Below are positions 62,101 through 64,000 of a stretch of DNA of 64,000 nucleotides, piece by piece. The notes beneath the pieces are model-generated. The model saw nothing but the letters and a program-made list of their open reading frames with translations, was not told the origin of the DNA and made no database searches. Each line of letters starts with the position of its first letter. Position 1 is the first letter of the stretch. Made by a program: the position numbers and the translations under genes. Source of the stretch: Tubiluchus corallicola (taxonomy: Eukaryota > Animalia > Priapulida); the NCBI GenBank assembly GCA_030141605.1, contig JAQGDQ010000161.1, positions 372,001-436,000 on the forward strand. The letters are read 5' to 3'.

Positions 62101-63900
62101 TAAGTTAAAAGAATAATTCCTTTTGACTTTTCAGCGAATGTTCAGATAAAATTCAAGTATTGCAAGATTTGAACTTGCTGTTATCATGTTTGCTAAATCT
62201 GTTGGAAAATTGTAATTTTAAAAATCATCCATGAACAATTGTTCAGTTTATAGTTCAGAAACAATTCTGTACTATTATGTAAGTATCTCTCCTAACTTGA
62301 TGCTACATGTTTACCTAATGTTACTTTACTGCGTGACTATGTCACTTTAATTCAAGCAAAATTATTATTCAAAAATCCTCAATGATTAACTAAATTCTCA
62401 TTTAGTTTACAGTTTATTTAAAGTTGTCTTCGGATCAGTTATCTTGTACCCGATGACACACGATTTAGTGCACTGTAAAATATGTATATGAGCAGGCAAT
62501 CACAAATGTGAAAATACAATGTCAAATTAATAGTGAGATATGTATAACATAGTATAATATGTATAATAATATTAATAGTATAATATGTTTTACAGGGTAG
62601 AGGTGCTGACAGCTAAACTTTATAGGTCTAAAATGAATCTAACTTGCTGTCCAACTTCTAGTCTTATAAACAAAAATTATTTCAATTTCAGATTTCTAAA
62701 ACTAAATTAATCATTTTTGAGGGCATTGTCGGAATCAATGTTTTAGCACAACGTAGCGATCATGAGCATATGAGTATCAGATCATTAATAATTAATATTA
62801 ATCAGATTAATAATCAGATAAAAGTCAACTGTAAAATCAACATGCTGTTGTGGTACCATAAAAATTACTTTATACAAAAAGCAGACTTTTTATTTTCAGA
62901 ATGAACTGAAAGATGTCTGTGATAAGCTTACAGAGGCTGCACTACTTATTCCAAATAAGACCCATCCTGACGTGGTGAGCTAATTTTTTATACTAAGTAT
63001 TTTATGTTTAACAAGTTGAACAAAGAGTTTTTTAACACCTTTGCACACATGCATGCATTTGCTAGTGTTATGTTGTGCTGTATTTCATTTTCTTAAGCAC
63101 TGATGGTATGAATGCACAAAGATATATTCTCATACTTGACACTGTGACCTTCATTCATTTTGGAAATGCACTAAATGTTCATCTGTTGCTTACGAGTTGC
63201 ATAAGTTAATCAAGTTTACGAGCTTTATGTTAAGTAGATTTATAGAGGCTTTGGAAATTCAAAGTTCTAGAAGAAGTTTTAAAACATTGAAGTTGAATAT
63301 CTTTCAGACACAAGCACTAAACCAATAGTGTGCAAAATTTTTGTCAAGGTTGCTGTTACAATAAAATTATTTTAAACAATTGTGGGTAAAAAGATTCAAT
63401 CATATTTAGGTCTGTGAACCTGATGCTCTTCCTGTGATAACTGAGACTATCGGAGAGAAGCCAGGTAAGATATTGTGTCACACAACAGTTTATTTCATAT
63501 TTTCAGAGTAAAAGTCTCAGAAATTATTTTAAACATTATGTAATAAGAGATGTAATTGTTTGATGTTGTTCCTTATGGGTGCTGATGGTTTTGGGTATCA
63601 ATATAATTTTCACAAAAATTTAATGTTACTTATGAAAACCAATGAGCATTTCTGTCAGTTACACTAAACTTGGTAATTGTGATGTTTAATTTTATGTGGA
63701 AATGATCACTAGATATTCTTTCAAATAAAAGATAGATAAGCCAGTTTTCATAAAAATTGTTTAGCTTCTAATGCTATACTTAGGTGGATTATCCATTTGT
63801 TTGGAATATTAAATTTATTTCTTGATTTATTTTAAGAGTTCTCTTTCAAACCGAAAGAATTTCATGAGATTGCAGAAAAGCTTGGTCTACTCAGAACTGA
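59155..63900 (+). CDS. SARS2: Mitochondrial seryl-tRNA synthetase, 5' portion (continues beyond the window)
   Basis: Exons (59155-59172 tentative), 61169-61534, 62006-62074, 62900-62974, 63410-63464, 63837-63900. Motifs EENVTNRKGVGNI, AALLIPNKTHPDV, IGEKP, FSFKPKEFHEIAEKLGLLR. The 55- and 64-nt exons agree with the vertebrate SARS2 exon sizes as I recall them. The start may instead be the ATG at 61214 (MLCYKRLKYLLKF, presequence-like). Confidence 0.85.
59720..60790 (-). mobile_element. Degenerate LINE (CR1/L2-like) ORF2 3' fragment upstream of the first large SARS2 exon
   Basis: Minus strand gives fragments such as RNFKECP, KLEYASSVLDP, VQCRSARFV and ASITSML, with many stops and frameshifts. 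Confidence 0.7.
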
Positions 63901-64000
63901 GTAAGTACAAGTATTTCTTATGCAATTGATTGTCATCACTGTACCAGCTTTTGTTCTTCTTTAGAACGCTCTTAATTTTCAAATCAACCTTTTCACATGT

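Overview
AT-rich, intron-rich animal (invertebrate-like) genomic DNA; the species cannot be determined from the window. Four host genes can be read by hand from splice sites and protein motifs. (1) The 5' part of an SLC4 bicarbonate transporter on the minus strand (7 coding exons, 26677 down past position 1). (2) CFAP221/PCDP1 as one uninterrupted 900-aa ORF (minus, 38530-41232). (3) A complete 16-exon FAAH-type amidase (plus, 47128-58013, about 598 aa, catalytic Lys-Ser-Ser present). (4) The 5' part of mitochondrial seryl-tRNA synthetase SARS2 (plus, from about 59155/61169, running off the window). The rest holds LINE fragments, several hAT-type and other MITEs (most with visible target-site duplications), a TGT...ACA TIR element carrying a nested LINE, Helentron-like elements with ~148-bp internal repeats, and microsatellites. 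Most worth follow-up: the intronless CFAP221 with a candidate RFX/forkhead promoter facing FAAH; GC-AG introns in FAAH; a pre-miRNA-like intronic hairpin; a pentamer repeat whose variants match CpG deamination products; and an unexplained 207-codon intronic frame. I found no prokaryotic-type system (CRISPR, operon), and I cannot claim a novel system from sequence alone. Family assignments come from recalled motifs, not database searches.
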